A DNA stretch of 64,000 nt from Amphiscolops sp. MND2022 (GCA_964187785.1 CAXLNC010001871.1:372001-436000), one strand, 5' to 3'. Shown: positions 28,730-43,680, numbered from the stretch's first letter. Program-made: numbers and translations. The notes: generated by a model from the sequence alone, not told the origin.

Positions 28730-31620
28730 TTCGGTACGGACATTTTGAACCACTGTTTTTGCGGGTAAACTTTTGGGCAGCATTTCAGTACGGTCACTTT
28801 CAGTGATAATTTTTTTCGGACGCTATTTAACTACCCTTTCAGAACGGACATTTTGAACGACTGTTTTTGCGGGTACAGTTTTTGGAGAGGATTTTAGTAC
28901 CGTCCTTTTTGATGTTAGTGTTTTTCGGACGGTTTTTCAGCAAGAATTTCGTTAAGGACATTTGGACATTTTGAACAACTGTTTTTGCTGGTAAAGTTTT
29001 GGGCAGCATGTCAGTACAGTTCTTTTTAATGGTAATTTTCGCGGACGCTTTATCAGCTAGCAATTCGGTACGGACAGTTTGAACAACTGTTTTTGTGGAT
29101 ACATTTTTTTGGGCACCAATTCAGTACGGTCTATTTAAAGGAATTTTTATCGGATGCTTTTTCAGCTAGCTTTTTGGTACGGATTTTTGGACCGACAGTT
29201 TTTGCGGATAACTTTTTGGGCAGCTTTTCAGTACGGTCTTTTTTAATGGTAGTTTTCTCGGACGCTTTTTTCCCTGGCATTTCAGAACGGACACTTTGAA
29301 CGACTGTTTTAGCGGATAGACTTTTGGGCAGTTTTCCAGTACGGTCATTTTTAATGGTTGTTTTCTCGGACGCTTTTTCCCCTAGCCTTTCAGAACGGAC
29401 ATTTTGAACTACTGTTTTTGCGGATTCACTTTTTAGACCGCATTTTAGTACCGTCATCTTTGTTGTTAGTTTTTTCGGACGGTTTTTCAGCTAGAATACA
29501 AGTACTTACATTTTGAACAACTGTTTTCGCGGATAAATTTTCGGGCAACATTTCAGTGCGGTCACTTTTAATTGTAGTTTTATCGGACGCTCTTCCCCCT
29601 AGGATTTCAGTTGGACATTGTGAACAACTGTTCTGGCGGGTTAAATTTTGGGCAGCATTTCAGTATGGTCATTTTAAGGGTAGTTTTCTCGGACGCTTTT
29701 TCCCCTAGCATTTCAGTACGGACATTTTGAACGGCTGTTTTTGCGAATACATGTTTGGGCAGCATGTCAGTACCGTCATTTTAATGGTAGTTTTCTCGGA
29801 GGCTTTTTCGGCTAGCTTTTCGGTACGGATATTTTGACCGACCGTTTTAGCGGATACAATTTTAGGCAGCATTTCAGTATGGTCAATATAAAGGTAGTTT
29901 TCTCGAACAGTTTTTCATCTAGCATTTCGATACGGACATTTTGAACGACTGTTTTTGCGGTAGAGTTTTGGGCAGCATTTCAGTACGGTCATTTTAATTT
30001 GTAATTTTCTCAGACGCTCTTTCAGCTAGCTTTTTGGTACGGACATTTTGAACCACTGTTTTTGCGGGTAAACGTTTGGGCAGCATTTCAGTACGGTCAC
30101 TTTCAGTGATAATGTTTTCGGACGCTATTTCAACTAGCCTTTCAGAACGGACATTTTGAACGACTGTTTTTGCGGGTACAATTTTTGGAGAGGATTTTAG
30201 TACCGTCCTTTTTGATGTTAGTGTTTTTCGGACGGTTTTTCAGCAAGAATTTCGTTAAGGACATTTGGACATTTTGAACAACTGTTTTTGCTGGTAAAGT
30301 TTTGGGCAGCATGTCAGTACAGTTCTTTTTAATGGTAATTTTCGCGGACGCTTTATCAGCTAGCAATTCGGTACGGACAGTTTGAACAACTGTTTTTGTG
30401 GATACATTTTTTTGGGCACCAATTCAGTACGGTCTATTTAAAGGAATTTTTATCGGATGCTTTTTCAGCTAGCTTTTTGGTACGGATTTTTTGACCGACA
30501 GTTTTTGCGGATAACTTTTTGGGCAGCTTTTCAGTACGGTCTTTTTTAATGGTAGTTTTCTCGGACGCTTTTTTCCCTGGCATTTCAGAACGGACACTTT
30601 GAACGACTGTTTTAGCGGATAGACTTTTGGGCAGTTTTCCAGTACGGTCATTTTTAATGGTTGTTTTCTCGGACGCTTTTTCCCCTAGCCTTTCAGAACG
30701 GACATTTTGAACTACTGTTTTTGCCGATTCACTTTTTAGACCGCATTTTAGTACCGTCATCTTTGTTGTTAGTTTTTTCGGACGGTTTTTCAGCTAGAAT
30801 ACAAGTACTTACATTTTGAACAACTGTTTTCGCGGATAAATTTTTGGGCAACATTTCAGTGCGGTCACTTTTAATTGTAGTTTTATCGGACGCTCTTCCC
30901 CCTAGGATTTCAGTTGGACATTGTGAACAACTGTTCTGGCGGGTGAAATTTTGGGCAGCATTTCAGTATGGTCATTTTAAGGGTAGTTTTCTCGGACGCT
31001 TTTTCCCCTAGCATTTCAGTACGGACATTTTGAACGGCTGTTTTTGCGAATACATGTTTGGGCAGCATGTCAGTACCGTCATTTTAATGGTAGTTTTCTC
31101 GGAGGCTTTTTCGGCTAGCTTTTCGGTACGGATATTTTGACCGACCGTTTTAGCGGATACAATTTTAGGCAGCATTTCAGTATGGTCAATATAAAGGTAG
31201 TTTTCTCGAACAGTTTTTCGGCTAGCATTTCGATACGGACATTTTGAACGACTGTTTTTGCGGTAGAGTTTTGGGCAGCATTTCAGTACGGTCATTTTAA
31301 TTTGTAATTTTCTCAGACGCTCTTTCAGCTAGCTTTTTGGTACGGACATTTTGAACCACTGTTTTTGCGGGTAAACGTTTGGGCAGCATTTCAGTACGGT
31401 CACTTTCAGTGATAATGTTTTCGGACGCTATTTCAACTAGCCTTTCAGAACGGACATTTTGAACGACTGTTTTTGCGGGTACAATTTTTGGAGAGGATTT
31501 TAGTACCGTCATTTTTGATGTTAGTGTTTTTCGGACGGTTTTTCAGCAAGAATTTCGTTAAGGACCTTTGGATATTTTGAAACAACTGTTTTTGCTGGTA
31601 AAGTTTTGGGCAGCATGTCA
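28730..31620 (+). repeat. 12-monomer HOR, 1,303 bp, 2 copies plus a partial third
   Basis: Translations at 28,839/30,142 and 29,131/30,434 are offset by 1,303. GCTCTTTCAGCTAGC occurs at 30,016 and 31,319. Confidence 0.88.
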
Positions 31621-34559
31621 GTACAGTTCTTTTTAAAGGTAGTTTTCGCGGACGCTTTTTCCCCTAGCCTTTCAGAACGAACATTTTGAACTACTGTTTT
31701 TGCGGATACACTTTTTAGACCGCATTTTAGTACCGTCATCTTTGATGTTAGTTTTTTCGGACGGTTTTTCAGCTAGAATTTCGTTGAGGACTTTTGAACA
31801 TTTTGAACAACTGTTTTTGCGGGTAAATTTTTGGGCAGCATGTCAGTACAGTTCTTTTTAAAGGTAGTTTTCGCGGACGCTTTTTCCCCTAGCCTTTCAG
31901 AACGAACATTTTGAACTACTGTTTTTGCGGATACACTTTTTAGACCGCATTTTAGTACCGTCATCTTTGATGTTACTTTTTTCGGACGCTTTTTCAGCTA
32001 GAAGTTCGGTACGGACATTTTGAACCACTGTTTTTGCGGGTAAACTTTTGAGCAGCATTTCAGTGTGGTCATTTTAATGGGAGTTTTCTCGGACGCTATT
32101 TCAATTAGCCTTTCACAACGGACATTTTGAACGACTGTTTTTGCGGGTAATTTTTTGGGCAGCATTTCAGTACAGTCTTTTTCAATGGTAGTTTTTGCGG
32201 ACGCATTCTCAGCTAGCATTTCGGCACGGACAGTTTGAACAACTGTTTTTGTGGATACATTTTTGGGCACCAAATCAGTACGGTCATTTTCAATGGTAGT
32301 TTTCCCGGACGCATTTTCCCCTAGCATTTCGGTACGGATATTTTGACCGACTGTTTTTGCCGATACATTTTTTGAGCAGCATTTCAAAACCGTGATTTTC
32401 TGTAATAGTTTTTTCGGACGGTTGTTCAGCTGGAAGTTCATTACGGACATTTTGAACCACTGTTTTTGCGGGTAAACGTTTGGGCAGCATTTCAAAACGG
32501 TCACTTTCAGTGATAACTTTTTCGGACGCTATTTCAACTAGCCTTTCAGAACGGACATTTTGAACGACTGTTTTTGTGGGTACAATTTTTGGAGAGGATT
32601 TTAGTACCGTCATTTTTGATGTTAGTGTTTTTCGGACGGTTTTTCAGCAAGAATTTCGTTAAGGACATTTGGACATTTTGAAACAACTGTTTTTGCTGGT
32701 AAAGTTTTGGGCAGCATGTCAGTACAGTTCTTTTTAATGGTAGTTTTCGCGGACGCTTTTTCCCCTAGCCTTTCAGAACGAACATTTTGAACTACTGTAT
32801 TTGCGGATACACTTTTTAGACCGCATTTTAGTACCGTCATCTTTGATGTTAGTTTTTTTCCGACAGTTTTTTCAGCTAGAAGTTCGGTACGAACATTTTG
32901 AACCACTGTTTTTGCGGGTAAACTTTTGAGCAGCATTTCAGTGTGGTCATTTTAATGGGAGTTTTCTCGGACGCTATTTCAACTAGCCTTTCAGAACGGA
33001 CATTTTGAACGACTGTTTTTGCGGGTACTTTTTTGGGCAATTTTTCAGTACGGTCGTTTTTAATGGTAGTTTTCTCGGACGCATATTACCTTGGCGTTTC
33101 AGAACGGACATTTCGAACGACTGCAGCATTACAGTACAGTCCTTTTCAATGGTAGTTTTTGCGGACGCATTCTCAGCTAGCATTTCGGCACGGACATTTT
33201 GAACAACTGTTTTTGCGGATACATTTTTGGGCTTTCAGTACGATCATTTTCAATGGTAGTTTTCCCGGACGCATCTTCCCCTAGCATTTCGAACGGACAT
33301 TTTGAACAACTGTTTTTGCGGGTAGTTTTTTGGGCAGCATTTCAGTACAGTCCTTTTTATTGGTAGTTTTCTCGGACGCTTTCTCAGCTAGCATTCCGGT
33401 ACGGACTTTTTGAACAACTGTTTTTGCGGTTAAAGTTTTGGGCAGCATTTCAGTATGGTCATTTCTATTGGTAGTTTTCGCGGACGCTTCTTCAGCTAGC
33501 ATTTTGGTCCGGACATTCTGAAAGACTGTTGTGCGGTAGATTTTTGGGCGGCATTCCAGTACTGCCATTATTTGTGATAGTTGTTCGGGACGCTTATTCA
33601 GCTAGCATTTCGGTACGGACATTTTGACCTACTGCTTTTGTGGATACATTTTTGGGCACCAATTCAGTACTGTCAATTCAATGGTAGTTTTATCGGACGT
33701 TTTTCATCTAGCAATTCGGTACGGACATTTTGAACAACTGTTTTTGTTGATACATTTTTGGGCACCAATTCAGTACGGTCTATTAAAAGGATATTTTCCC
33801 GGATGCTCTTTCAGCTAGCTTTTTGGTACGGATTTTTTGACCGACAGTTTTTGCGGATACTTTTTTGAGCCGCTTTTCAGTACGGTCATTTTTAATGGTA
33901 GTTTTCTCGGACGCTTTTTCCCCTAGCATTTCAGTACGGACATTTCGAACGACGGTTTCTGCGGATAAATTTTTAGGACAGCATTTCAGTACAGTCCTTT
34001 TTATTGGTAGTTTTCTCGGACGCTTTCTCAGCTAGCATTCCGGTACGGACTTTTTGAACAACTGTTTTTGCGGGTAAAGTTTTGGGCAGCATTTCAGTAT
34101 GGTCATTTTTATTGGTAGTTTTCGCGGACGCTTCTTCAGCTAGCATTTTGGTCCGGACTTTTTGAACGACTGTTATGCGGTAGATTTTTGGGCGGCATTT
34201 CAGTACTCTCATTATTTGTGATAGTTGTTCGGGACGCTTATTCAGCTAGCATTTCGGTACGGACATTTTGACCCACTGCTTTTGTGGATACATTTTTGGG
34301 CACCACTTCAGTAGGGTCTACTTAAAGGATATTTTCCCGAATGCTTTTTCAGCTAGCTTTTTGGTACGGATTTTTTGACCGACAGTTTTTGCGGATACCT
34401 TTTTGGGCCGCTTTTGCAGTACGGTCATTTTGAAAGGGGGTAGTTTTCTCGGACGCTTTTTCCTCTAGCATTTCAGTACGGACATTTCGAACGACGGCTT
34501 CTTCGGATAGATTTTTTGGACAGCATTTTAGTACCGTCATCTTTGATGTTAGTTTTTTT

Positions 34560-37500
34560 CGGACGGTTTTTCAGCTGGAATTTCGTTAAGGACTTTTGGA
34601 CATTTTTAACAACTGTTTTTGCGGGTAAAGTTTTGGGCTGCATTTCAGTACAGTCCTTTTCAATGTTAGTTTTCTCGGACGCATTCTCAGCTAGCATTTC
34701 GACACGGACAGTTTGAACAACTGTTTTTGTGGATACATTTTTGGGCACCAATTCAGTACGGTCTATTTAAAGGATATTTTCTCGGATGCTTTTTCAGCTA
34801 GCTTTTTAGTACGAATTTTTCGACCGACAGTTTTTTGCGGATACCTTTTTGGGCAGCTTTTCAGTAAGGTCATTTTTAATGGTAGTTTTCTCGGACGCTT
34901 TTTCCCCTAGCATTTCAGTACGGACATTTTGAACGACTGTTTTTGCGGATACCTTTTTGGGCAATTTTTTCAGTACGGTCATTTTTAATGGTAGTTTTCT
35001 CGGACCCATTTTACCTTGGCATTTCAGAACGGACATTTCGGACGACGGTTTTTTGCGGATACATTTTTTGGACAGCATTTTAGTACCGTCATTTTTGTTG
35101 CTAGTTTTTCGGACGGTTTTTCAGCTAGAATTTCCTTACGGACGTTTTGAACAACTGTTTTTGCGAGTACACTTTTGGGCAGCATTTCAGTGCACTCCTT
35201 TGTATTGGTAGTTTTCGAGGACGCTTTTTCAGGTAGCATTTCGGTACGGACATTTTGAACAACTGTTTTTGCGGGTAAAGTTTTGGGCAGCAATTCAGTA
35301 TGGTCATTTTTATTGGTAGTTTTCTGGAACAGTTTTTCAGCTAGCATTTCGATACGGACATTTTGAATGACTGTTTTTGCGGATACATTTTTGGACAGCA
35401 TTTTAGTACCGCCATTATGATGTTAGTTTTTTCGAATGGTTATTCAGCTAGCATTTCGATACGGACATTTTGAACGACTGTTTTGCGGATACATTTTTGG
35501 GCAGCTTTTCAGTACGATCATTTTTAATGGTAGTTTTCCCGGACGTTTTTTCGCCTAGGATTTCGAACGGACATTTTGAACGACTGTTTTTGCTGATCCA
35601 ATTTTTGGACAGCTTTTCAGTGCCGTCATTTATGGTGTTAGTTTTTTCGGACGGTTTTTTTAGCTAGATTTTCGTTACAGACATTTTGAACAACTGTTTT
35701 TGCGGGTAGTTTTTTGGGCAGCATTTCAGTACAGCCCTTTTTATTGGTAGTTTTCTCGGACGCTTTCTCAGCTAGCATTCCGGTACGGACATTTTGAACA
35801 ACTGTTTTTGCGGTTAAAGTTTTGGGCAGCATTTCAGTATGGTCATTTTTATTTGTAGTTTTCGCGGACGCTTCTTCAGCTAGCATTTTGGTCCAGACAT
35901 TTTGAACGACTGTTGTGCGGTAGATTTTTGGGCGGCATTTCAGTACTGTCATTATTTGTGATAGTTGTTCGGGACGATTATTCAGCTAGCATTTTGGTAC
36001 GGACAATTTGACTCAGTGTTTTTGTGGATACATTTTTGGGCACCAATTCAGTACGGTCAATTCACTGGTAGTTTTATCCGGCGTTTTTTCATCTAGCAAT
36101 TCGGTACGGACATTTTGAACAACTGTTTTTGTTGATGCATTTTTGGGCACCAATTCAGTACGGTCTATTTAAAGGATATTTTCCCGGATGCTCTTTCAGC
36201 TAGCTTTTTGGTACGGATTTTTTGACCGAAAGTTTTTGCGAATACCTTTTTGGGCCGATTTTCAGTACGGTCATTTTAATGGTAGTTTTCTCGGACGCTT
36301 TTTCCCCTAGTACGGACAGTTTAGGGCCGCTTTTCAGTACGGTCATTTTAATGGTAGTTTTCTCGGACGCTTTTTCCCCTAGTACGGACATTTCGAACGA
36401 CGGTTTCTGCGGATACATTTTTTGGACAGCATTTTAGTACCGTCATTTTTGTTGTTAGTTTTTTCGGACGGTTTTTCAGCTAGAATTTCGTTACGGACAT
36501 TTTGAATAACCGTTTTTGTGGGTAAGCTTTTGGGCAGCATTTCAGTACACTCCTTTGTATTGGTAGTTTTCGCGGACGGTTTTTCAGCTAGCATTTCGGT
36601 ACGGACATTTTGAACAACTGTTTTTGCGAGTAAAGTTTTGGGCAGCAATTCAGAATGGTCATTTTTATTGGTAGTTTTCTCTAACAGTTTTTCAGCTAGC
36701 ATTTCGATACGGACAATTTGAATGACTGTTTTTGCGGATACATTTTTTGGACAGCATTTTAGTACCGTCATTTTTGATGTTAGTTCTTTCGAATGATTTT
36801 TCAGCTAGCATTTCGATACGGACATTTTGAACGACTGTTTTTGCGGATACATTTTTGGGCAGCTTTTCAGTACGGTCATTTTTAATTGTAGCTCTCTCGG
36901 ACGCTTTTTCCCCTAGCACTTCAGAACGGACATTTCGAACAAGTGTTTTTGCGGATACATTTTTTGGACAGCATTTTAGTACCGTCATTTTTGATGTTAG
37001 TTTTTGCGAATAGTTTTTCAGCTAACATTTCGATACGGACATTTTGAACGATTGTTTTTGCGGATACATTTTTGTGCAGCTTTTCAGTACGGTCATTTTT
37101 AATGGTAGTTTTCTCGGACCCATATTACCTTGGCATTTCAGAACGGACATTTCGAACGACGGTTTTTTGCGGATACATTTTTTGGACAGCATTTTAGTAC
37201 CGTCATTTTTGTTGTTAGTTTTTTCGGACGGTTTTTCAGCTAGAATTTCGTTACGGACATTTTGAATAACCGTTTTTGTGGGTAAGCTTTTGGGCAGCAT
37301 TTCAGGACACTCCTTTGTATTGGTAGTTTTCGCGGACGTTTTTTCAGCTAGCATTTCGGTACGGACATTTTGAACAACTGTTTTTGCGAGTAAAGTTTTG
37401 GGCAGCAATTCAGAATGGTCATTTTTATTGGTAGTTTTCTCTAACAGTTTTTCAGCTAGCATTTCGATACGGACATTTTGAATGACTGTTTTTGCGGATA

Positions 37501-40500
37501 CATTTTTTGGACAGCATTTTAGTACCGTCATTTTTGATGTTAGTTCTTTCGAATGATTTTTCAGCTAGCATTTCGATACGGAAATTTTGAACGACTGTTT
37601 TTGCGGATACATTTTTGGGCAGCTTTTCAGTACGGTCATTTTTAATTGTAGCTCTCTCGGACGCTTTTTTCCCTAGCACTTCAGAACGGACATTTCGAAC
37701 AAGTGTTTTTGCGGATACATTTTTTGGACAACATTTTAGTACCGTCATTTTTGATGTTAGTTTTTGCGAAGTTTTTCAGCTAACATTTCGATACGGACAT
37801 TTTGAACGATTGTTTTTGCGGATACATTTTTGTGCAGCTTTTCAGTACGGTCATTTTTAATGGTAGTTTTCTCGGACCCATATTACCTTGGCATTTCCGA
37901 ACGGTCATTTCGAACGACGGTTTTTTGCGGATACATTTTTTGGACAGCATTTTAGTACCGTCATTTTTGTTGCTAGTTTTTTGGACGGTTTTTTAGCTAG
38001 AATTTCGTTACTGACGTTTTGAACAACTGTTTTTGCGGGTACACTTTTGGGCAGCATTTCAGTACACTCCCTTGTATTGGTAGTTTTCGCGGACGCTTTT
38101 TCAGGTAGCATTTCGGTAGGGACATTTTGAACAACTGTTTTTGCGGGTAAAGTTTTGGGCAGCAATTCAGTATGGTCATTTTTATTGGTAGTTTTCTGGA
38201 ACAGTTTTTCAGCTAGCATTTTGATACGGACTTTTTGAATGACTGTTTTTGCGGATACATTTTTTGGAAAGCATTTTAGTACCGCCATTTTTAATGGTAG
38301 TTTTCCCGGACGCTTTTTCCCCTAGCATTTCGAACGGACATTTTGAACGACTGTTTTTGCTGATCCAATTTTTGGACAGCTTTTCAGTGCCGTCATTTAT
38401 GGTGTTAGTTTTTTCGGACGGTTTTTTAGCTAGATTTTCGTTAAGGACTTTTGGACATTTTTAACAACTGTTTTTGCGGGTAAATTTTTGGGCTGCATTT
38501 CAGTACAGTCCTTTTCAATGTAAGTTTTCTCGGACGCATTCTCAGCTAGTATTTCGACACGGACAGTTTGAACAACTGTTTTTGTGGATACATTTTTGGG
38601 CACCAATTCAGTATGGTCTATTTAAAGGATATTTTCTCGGATGCTTTTTCAGCTAGCTTTTTGGTACGAATTTTTTGACCGACAGTTTTTTGCGGATACC
38701 TTTTTGGGCAGCTTTTCAGTAAGGTCATTTTTCATGGTAGTTTTCTCGGACGCTTTTTCCCCTAGCATTTCAGTACGGACATTTTGAACGACTGTTTTTG
38801 CGGATACCTTTTTGGGCAATTTTTCAGTACGGTCATTTTTAATGGTAGTTTTCTCGGACCCATTTTACCTTGGCATTTCAGAACGGACATTTCGGACGAC
38901 GGTTTTTTGCGGATACATTTTTTGGACAGCATTTTAGTACCGTCATTTTTGTTGCTAGTTTTTCGGACGGTTTTTCAGCTAGAATTTCCTTACGGACGTT
39001 TTGAACAACTGTTTTTGCGAGTACACTTTTGGGCAGCATTTCAGTACACTCCTTTGTATTGGTAGTTTTCGCGGACGCTTTTTCAGGTAGCATTTCGGTA
39101 CGGACATTTTGAACAACTGTTTTTGCGGGTAAAGTTTTGGGCAGCAATTCAGTATGGTCATTTTTATTGGTAGTTTTCTGGAACAGTTTTTCAGCTAGCA
39201 TTTCGATACGGACATTTTGAATGACTGTTTTTGCGGATACATTTTTGGACAGCATTTTAGTACCGCCATTTTTGATGTTAGTTTTTTCGAATGGTTATTC
39301 AGCTAGCAATTCGATACGGACATTTTGAACGACTGTTTTTGCGGATACATTTTTGGGCAGCTTTTCAGTACGATCATTTTTAATGGTAGTTTTCCCGGAC
39401 GTTTTTTCCCCTAGCATTTCGAACGGACATTTTGAACGACTGTTTTTGCTGATCCAATTTTTGGACAGCTTTTCAGTGCCGTCATTTATGGTGTTAGTTT
39501 TTTCGGACGGTTTTTTTAGCTAGATTTTCGTTACGGACATTTTGGACAACTGTTTTTTCGGGTAGTTTTTTGGGCAGCATTTCAGTACAGCCCTTTTTAT
39601 TGGTAGTTTTCTCGGACGCTTTCTCAGCTAGCATTCCGGTACGGACATTTTGAACAACTGTTTTTGCGGTTAAAGTTTTGGGCAGCATTTCAGTATGGTC
39701 ATTTCTATTTGTAGTTTTCGCGGACGCTTCTTCAGCTAGCATTTTGGTCCGGACATTTTGAACGGCTGTTGTGCGGTAGATTTTTGGGCGGCATTTCAGT
39801 ACTGTCATTATTTGTGATAGTTGTTCGGGACGATTATTCAGCTAGCATTTCGGTACGGACATTTTGACTCAGTGTTTTTGTGGATACATTTTTGGGCACC
39901 ATTTCAGTACGGTCAATTCACTGGTAGTTTTATCGGGCGTTTTTTCATCTAGCAATTCGGTACGGACATTCTGAACAACTGTTTTTGTTGATGCATTTTT
40001 GGGCACCAATTCAGTACGGTCTATTTAAAGGATATTTTCCCGGATGCTCTTTCAGCTAGCTTTTTGGTACGGATTTTTTGACCGAAAGTTTTTGCGAATA
40101 CCTTTTTGGGCCGCTTTTCAGTACGGTCATTTTAATGGTAGTTTTCTTGGACGCTTTTTCCCCTAGCATTTCAGTACGGACATTTCGAACGACGGTTTCT
40201 GCGGATACATTTTTGGACAGCATTTTAGTACCGTCATTTTTGTTGTTAGTTTTTTCGGACGGTTTTTCAGCTAGAATTTCGTTACGGACATTTTGAATAA
40301 CCGTTTTTGTGGGTAAGCTTTGGGCAGCATTTCAGTACACTCCTTTGTATTGGTAGTTTTCGCGGACGTTTTTTCAGCTAGCATTTCGATGCGGACATTT
40401 TGAATGACTGTTTTTGCGGATACATTTTTTGGACAGCATTTTAGTACTGTCATTTTTGATGTTAGTTCTTTCGAATGATTTTTCAGCTAGCATTTCGATA

Positions 40501-42500
40501 CGGACATTTTGAACGACTGTTTTTGCGGATACATTTTTGGGCAGCTTTTCAGTACGGTCATTTTTAATGGTAGTTTTCTCGGACCCATATTACCTTGGCA
40601 TTTCAGAACGGACATTTCGAACGACGGTTTTTTGCGGATACCTTTTTTGGACAGCATTTTAGTACCGTCTTTTTTATTGCTAGTTTTTTGGACGGTTTTT
40701 CAGCTAGAATTTCGTTACTGACGTTTTGAACAACTGTTTTGCGGGTACACTTTTGGGCAGCATTTCAGTGCACTCCTTTGTATTGGTAGTTTTCGCGGAT
40801 GCTTTTTCAGGTAGCATTTCGGTAGGGACATTTTGAACAACTGTTTTTGCGGGTAAAGTTTTGGGCAGCAATTCAGTATGGTCATTTTTATTGGTAGTTT
40901 TCTGGAACAGTTTTTCAGCTAGCATTTTGATACGGACATTTTGAATGACTGTTTTTGCGGATACGTTTTTTGGAAAGCATTTTAGTACCGCCATTTTTAA
41001 TGGTAGTTTTCCCGGACGCTTTTTCCCCTAGCATTTCGAACGGACATTTTGAACGACTATTTTTGCTGATCCAATTTTCGGACAGCTTTTCAGTGCCGTC
41101 ATTTATGGTGTTAGTTTTTTCGGACGGTTTTTTAGCTAGATTTTCGTTACGGACATTTTGAACAACTGTTTTTGCGGGTAGTTTTTTGGGCAGCATTTCA
41201 GTACAGCCCTTTTTATTGGTAGTTTTCTCGGACGCTTTCTCAGCTAGCATTCCGGTACGGACATTTTGAACAACTGTTTTTGCGGGTAAAGTTTTGGGCA
41301 GCATTTCAGTATGGTCATTTTTATTTGTAGTTTTCGCGGACGCTTCTTCAGCTAGCATTTTGGTCCGGACATTTTGAACGACTGTTGTGCGGTAGATTTT
41401 TGGGCGGCATTTCAGTACTGTCATTATTTGTGATAGTTGTTCGGGACGATCATTCAGCTAGCATTTCGGTACGGACAATTTGACCCAGTGTTTTTGTGGA
41501 TACATTTTTGGGCACCAATTCAGTACGGTCAATTCACTGGTAGTTTTATTGGACGTTTTTTCATCTAGCAATTCGGTACGGCCATTTTGAACAACTGTTT
41601 TTGTTGATGCATTTTTGGGCACCAATTCAGTACGGTCTATGTAAAGGATATTTTCCCGGATGCTCTTTCAGCTAGCTTTTTGGTACGGATATTTTGACCA
41701 ACAGTTTTTGCGGATACCTTTTTGGGCCGCTTTTCAGTACGGTCATTTTATTGGTAGTTTTCTCGGACGCTTTTCCCCTAGCATTTCAGTACGGACATTT
41801 CGAACGACGGTTTCTGCGGATACATTTTTTGGACAGCCTTTTAGTACCGTCATTTTTGTTGTTAGTTTTTTGGGACGGTTTTTCAGCTAGAATTTCGTTA
41901 CGGACATTTTGAATAACCGTTTTTGTGGGTAAGCTTTTGGGCAGCATTTCAGTACACTCCTTTGTATTGGTAGCTTTCGCGGACGTTTTTTCAGCTAGCA
42001 TTTCGGTACGGACATTTTGAACAACTGTTTTTGCGAGTAAAGTTTTGGGCAGCAATTCAGAATGGTCATTTTTATTGGTAGTTTTCTCTAACAGTTTTTC
42101 AGCTAGCATTTCGATACGGACATTTTGAATGACTGTTTTTGCGGGTACATTTTTTGGACAGCATTTTAGTACCGTCATTTTTGATGTTAGTTCTTTCGAA
42201 TGATTTTTCAGCTAGCATTTCGATACGGACATTTTGAACGACTGTTTTTGCGGATACATTTTTGGGCAGCTTTTCAGTACGGTCATTTTTAATTGTAGCC
42301 CTCTCGGACGCTTTTTCCCCTAGCACTTCAGAACGGAAATTTCGAACAAGTGTTTTTGCGGATACATTTTTTGGACAGCATTTCAGTACCGTCATTTTTG
42401 ATGTTAGTTTTTTCGAATAATTTTTCAGCTAACATTTCGATACGGACATTTTGAACGATTGTTTTTGCGGATACATTTTTGTGCAGCTTTTCAGTACGAT
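34560..42500 (+). repeat. Complex HOR domain with a 760-bp (7-mer) unit and long-range 3,855-bp and 5,407-bp duplications
   Basis: Offsets: 36,692/37,452 (760); 35,024/38,878 and ACCGAAAGTTTTTGCGAATACC at 36,226/40,081 (~3,855); 36,379/41,786 and 36,692/42,099 (5,407). Confidence 0.82.
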
Positions 42501-43680
42501 CATTTTTAATGGTAGTTTTCCCGGACGCTTTTTCCCCTAGCATTTCGAACGGACATTTTGAACAACTGTTTTTTGCGGGTAAAGTTTTGGGCTGCAATTC
42601 AGTATGGTCATTTTTATTGATAGGTTTTGCGGACGCTTCTTCAGCTAGCATTTTGATACGAACATTGTGAATGACTGTTTTTGGGGTAGATTTTGGGCAG
42701 CATTTTGGTACTGTCATTTTAGGTAATAGTTGTTTGAGACGCTTTATCAGCTAGCATTTCGGTACGGACATTTTGAACAACTGTTTTTGTGGATACATTC
42801 TTGGGCAGCATTTTAGTACCGTCATTTTTGATGTTAGTTTTTTTGAATAGTTTTTCAGCTAACATTTCGATACGGACATTTTGAAGGATTGTTTTTGCGG
42901 ATACATTTTTGTGCAGCTTTTCAGTACGATCATTTTCAATGGTAGTTTTCCCGGACGCTTTTTTTCCCTAGCATTTCGAACGGACGTTTTGAACAACTGT
43001 TTTTTGCGGGTAAAGTTTTGGGCTGCAATTCAGTATGGTCATTTTTATTGATAGGTTTTGCGGACGCTTCTTCAGCTAGAATTTTGATACGAACATTGTG
43101 AATGACTGTTTTTGGGGTAGATTTTGGGCAGCATTTTGGTACTGTCATTTTAGGTGATAGTTGTTTGAGACGCTTTATCAGCTAGCATTTCGGTACGGAC
43201 GTTTTGAACAACTGTTTTTGTGGATACATTCTTGGGCAGCATTTCAGTACCGTCATTTTTGATGTTAGTTTTTTCGAAAAGTTTTTCAGCTAACATTTCG
43301 ATACGGACATTTTGAACGATTGTTTTTGCGGATACATTTTTGTGCAGCTTTTCAAAACGATCATTTTTAATGGTAGTTTTCCCGGACGCTTTTTCCCCTA
43401 GCATTTCGAACGGACATTTTGAACAACTGTTTTTTGCGGGTAAAGTTTTGGGCTGCAATTCAGTATGGTCATTTTTATTGATAGGATTTGCGGACGCTTC
43501 TTCAGCTAGCATTTTGATACGAACATTGTGAATGACTGTTTTGGGGTATGACTGAATTTGGGGTAGATTTTGGGCAGCATTTTGGTACTGTCATTTTAGG
43601 TGATAGTTGCTTGAGACGCTTTATCAGCTAGCATTACGGTACGGACATTTTGAACAACTGTTTTTGTGGATACATTTCTG
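42420..43680 (+). repeat. 4-monomer HOR, ~430 bp, 3 copies
   Basis: GAACATTGTGAATGACTG occurs at 42,661, 43,091 and 43,521. Confidence 0.85.
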
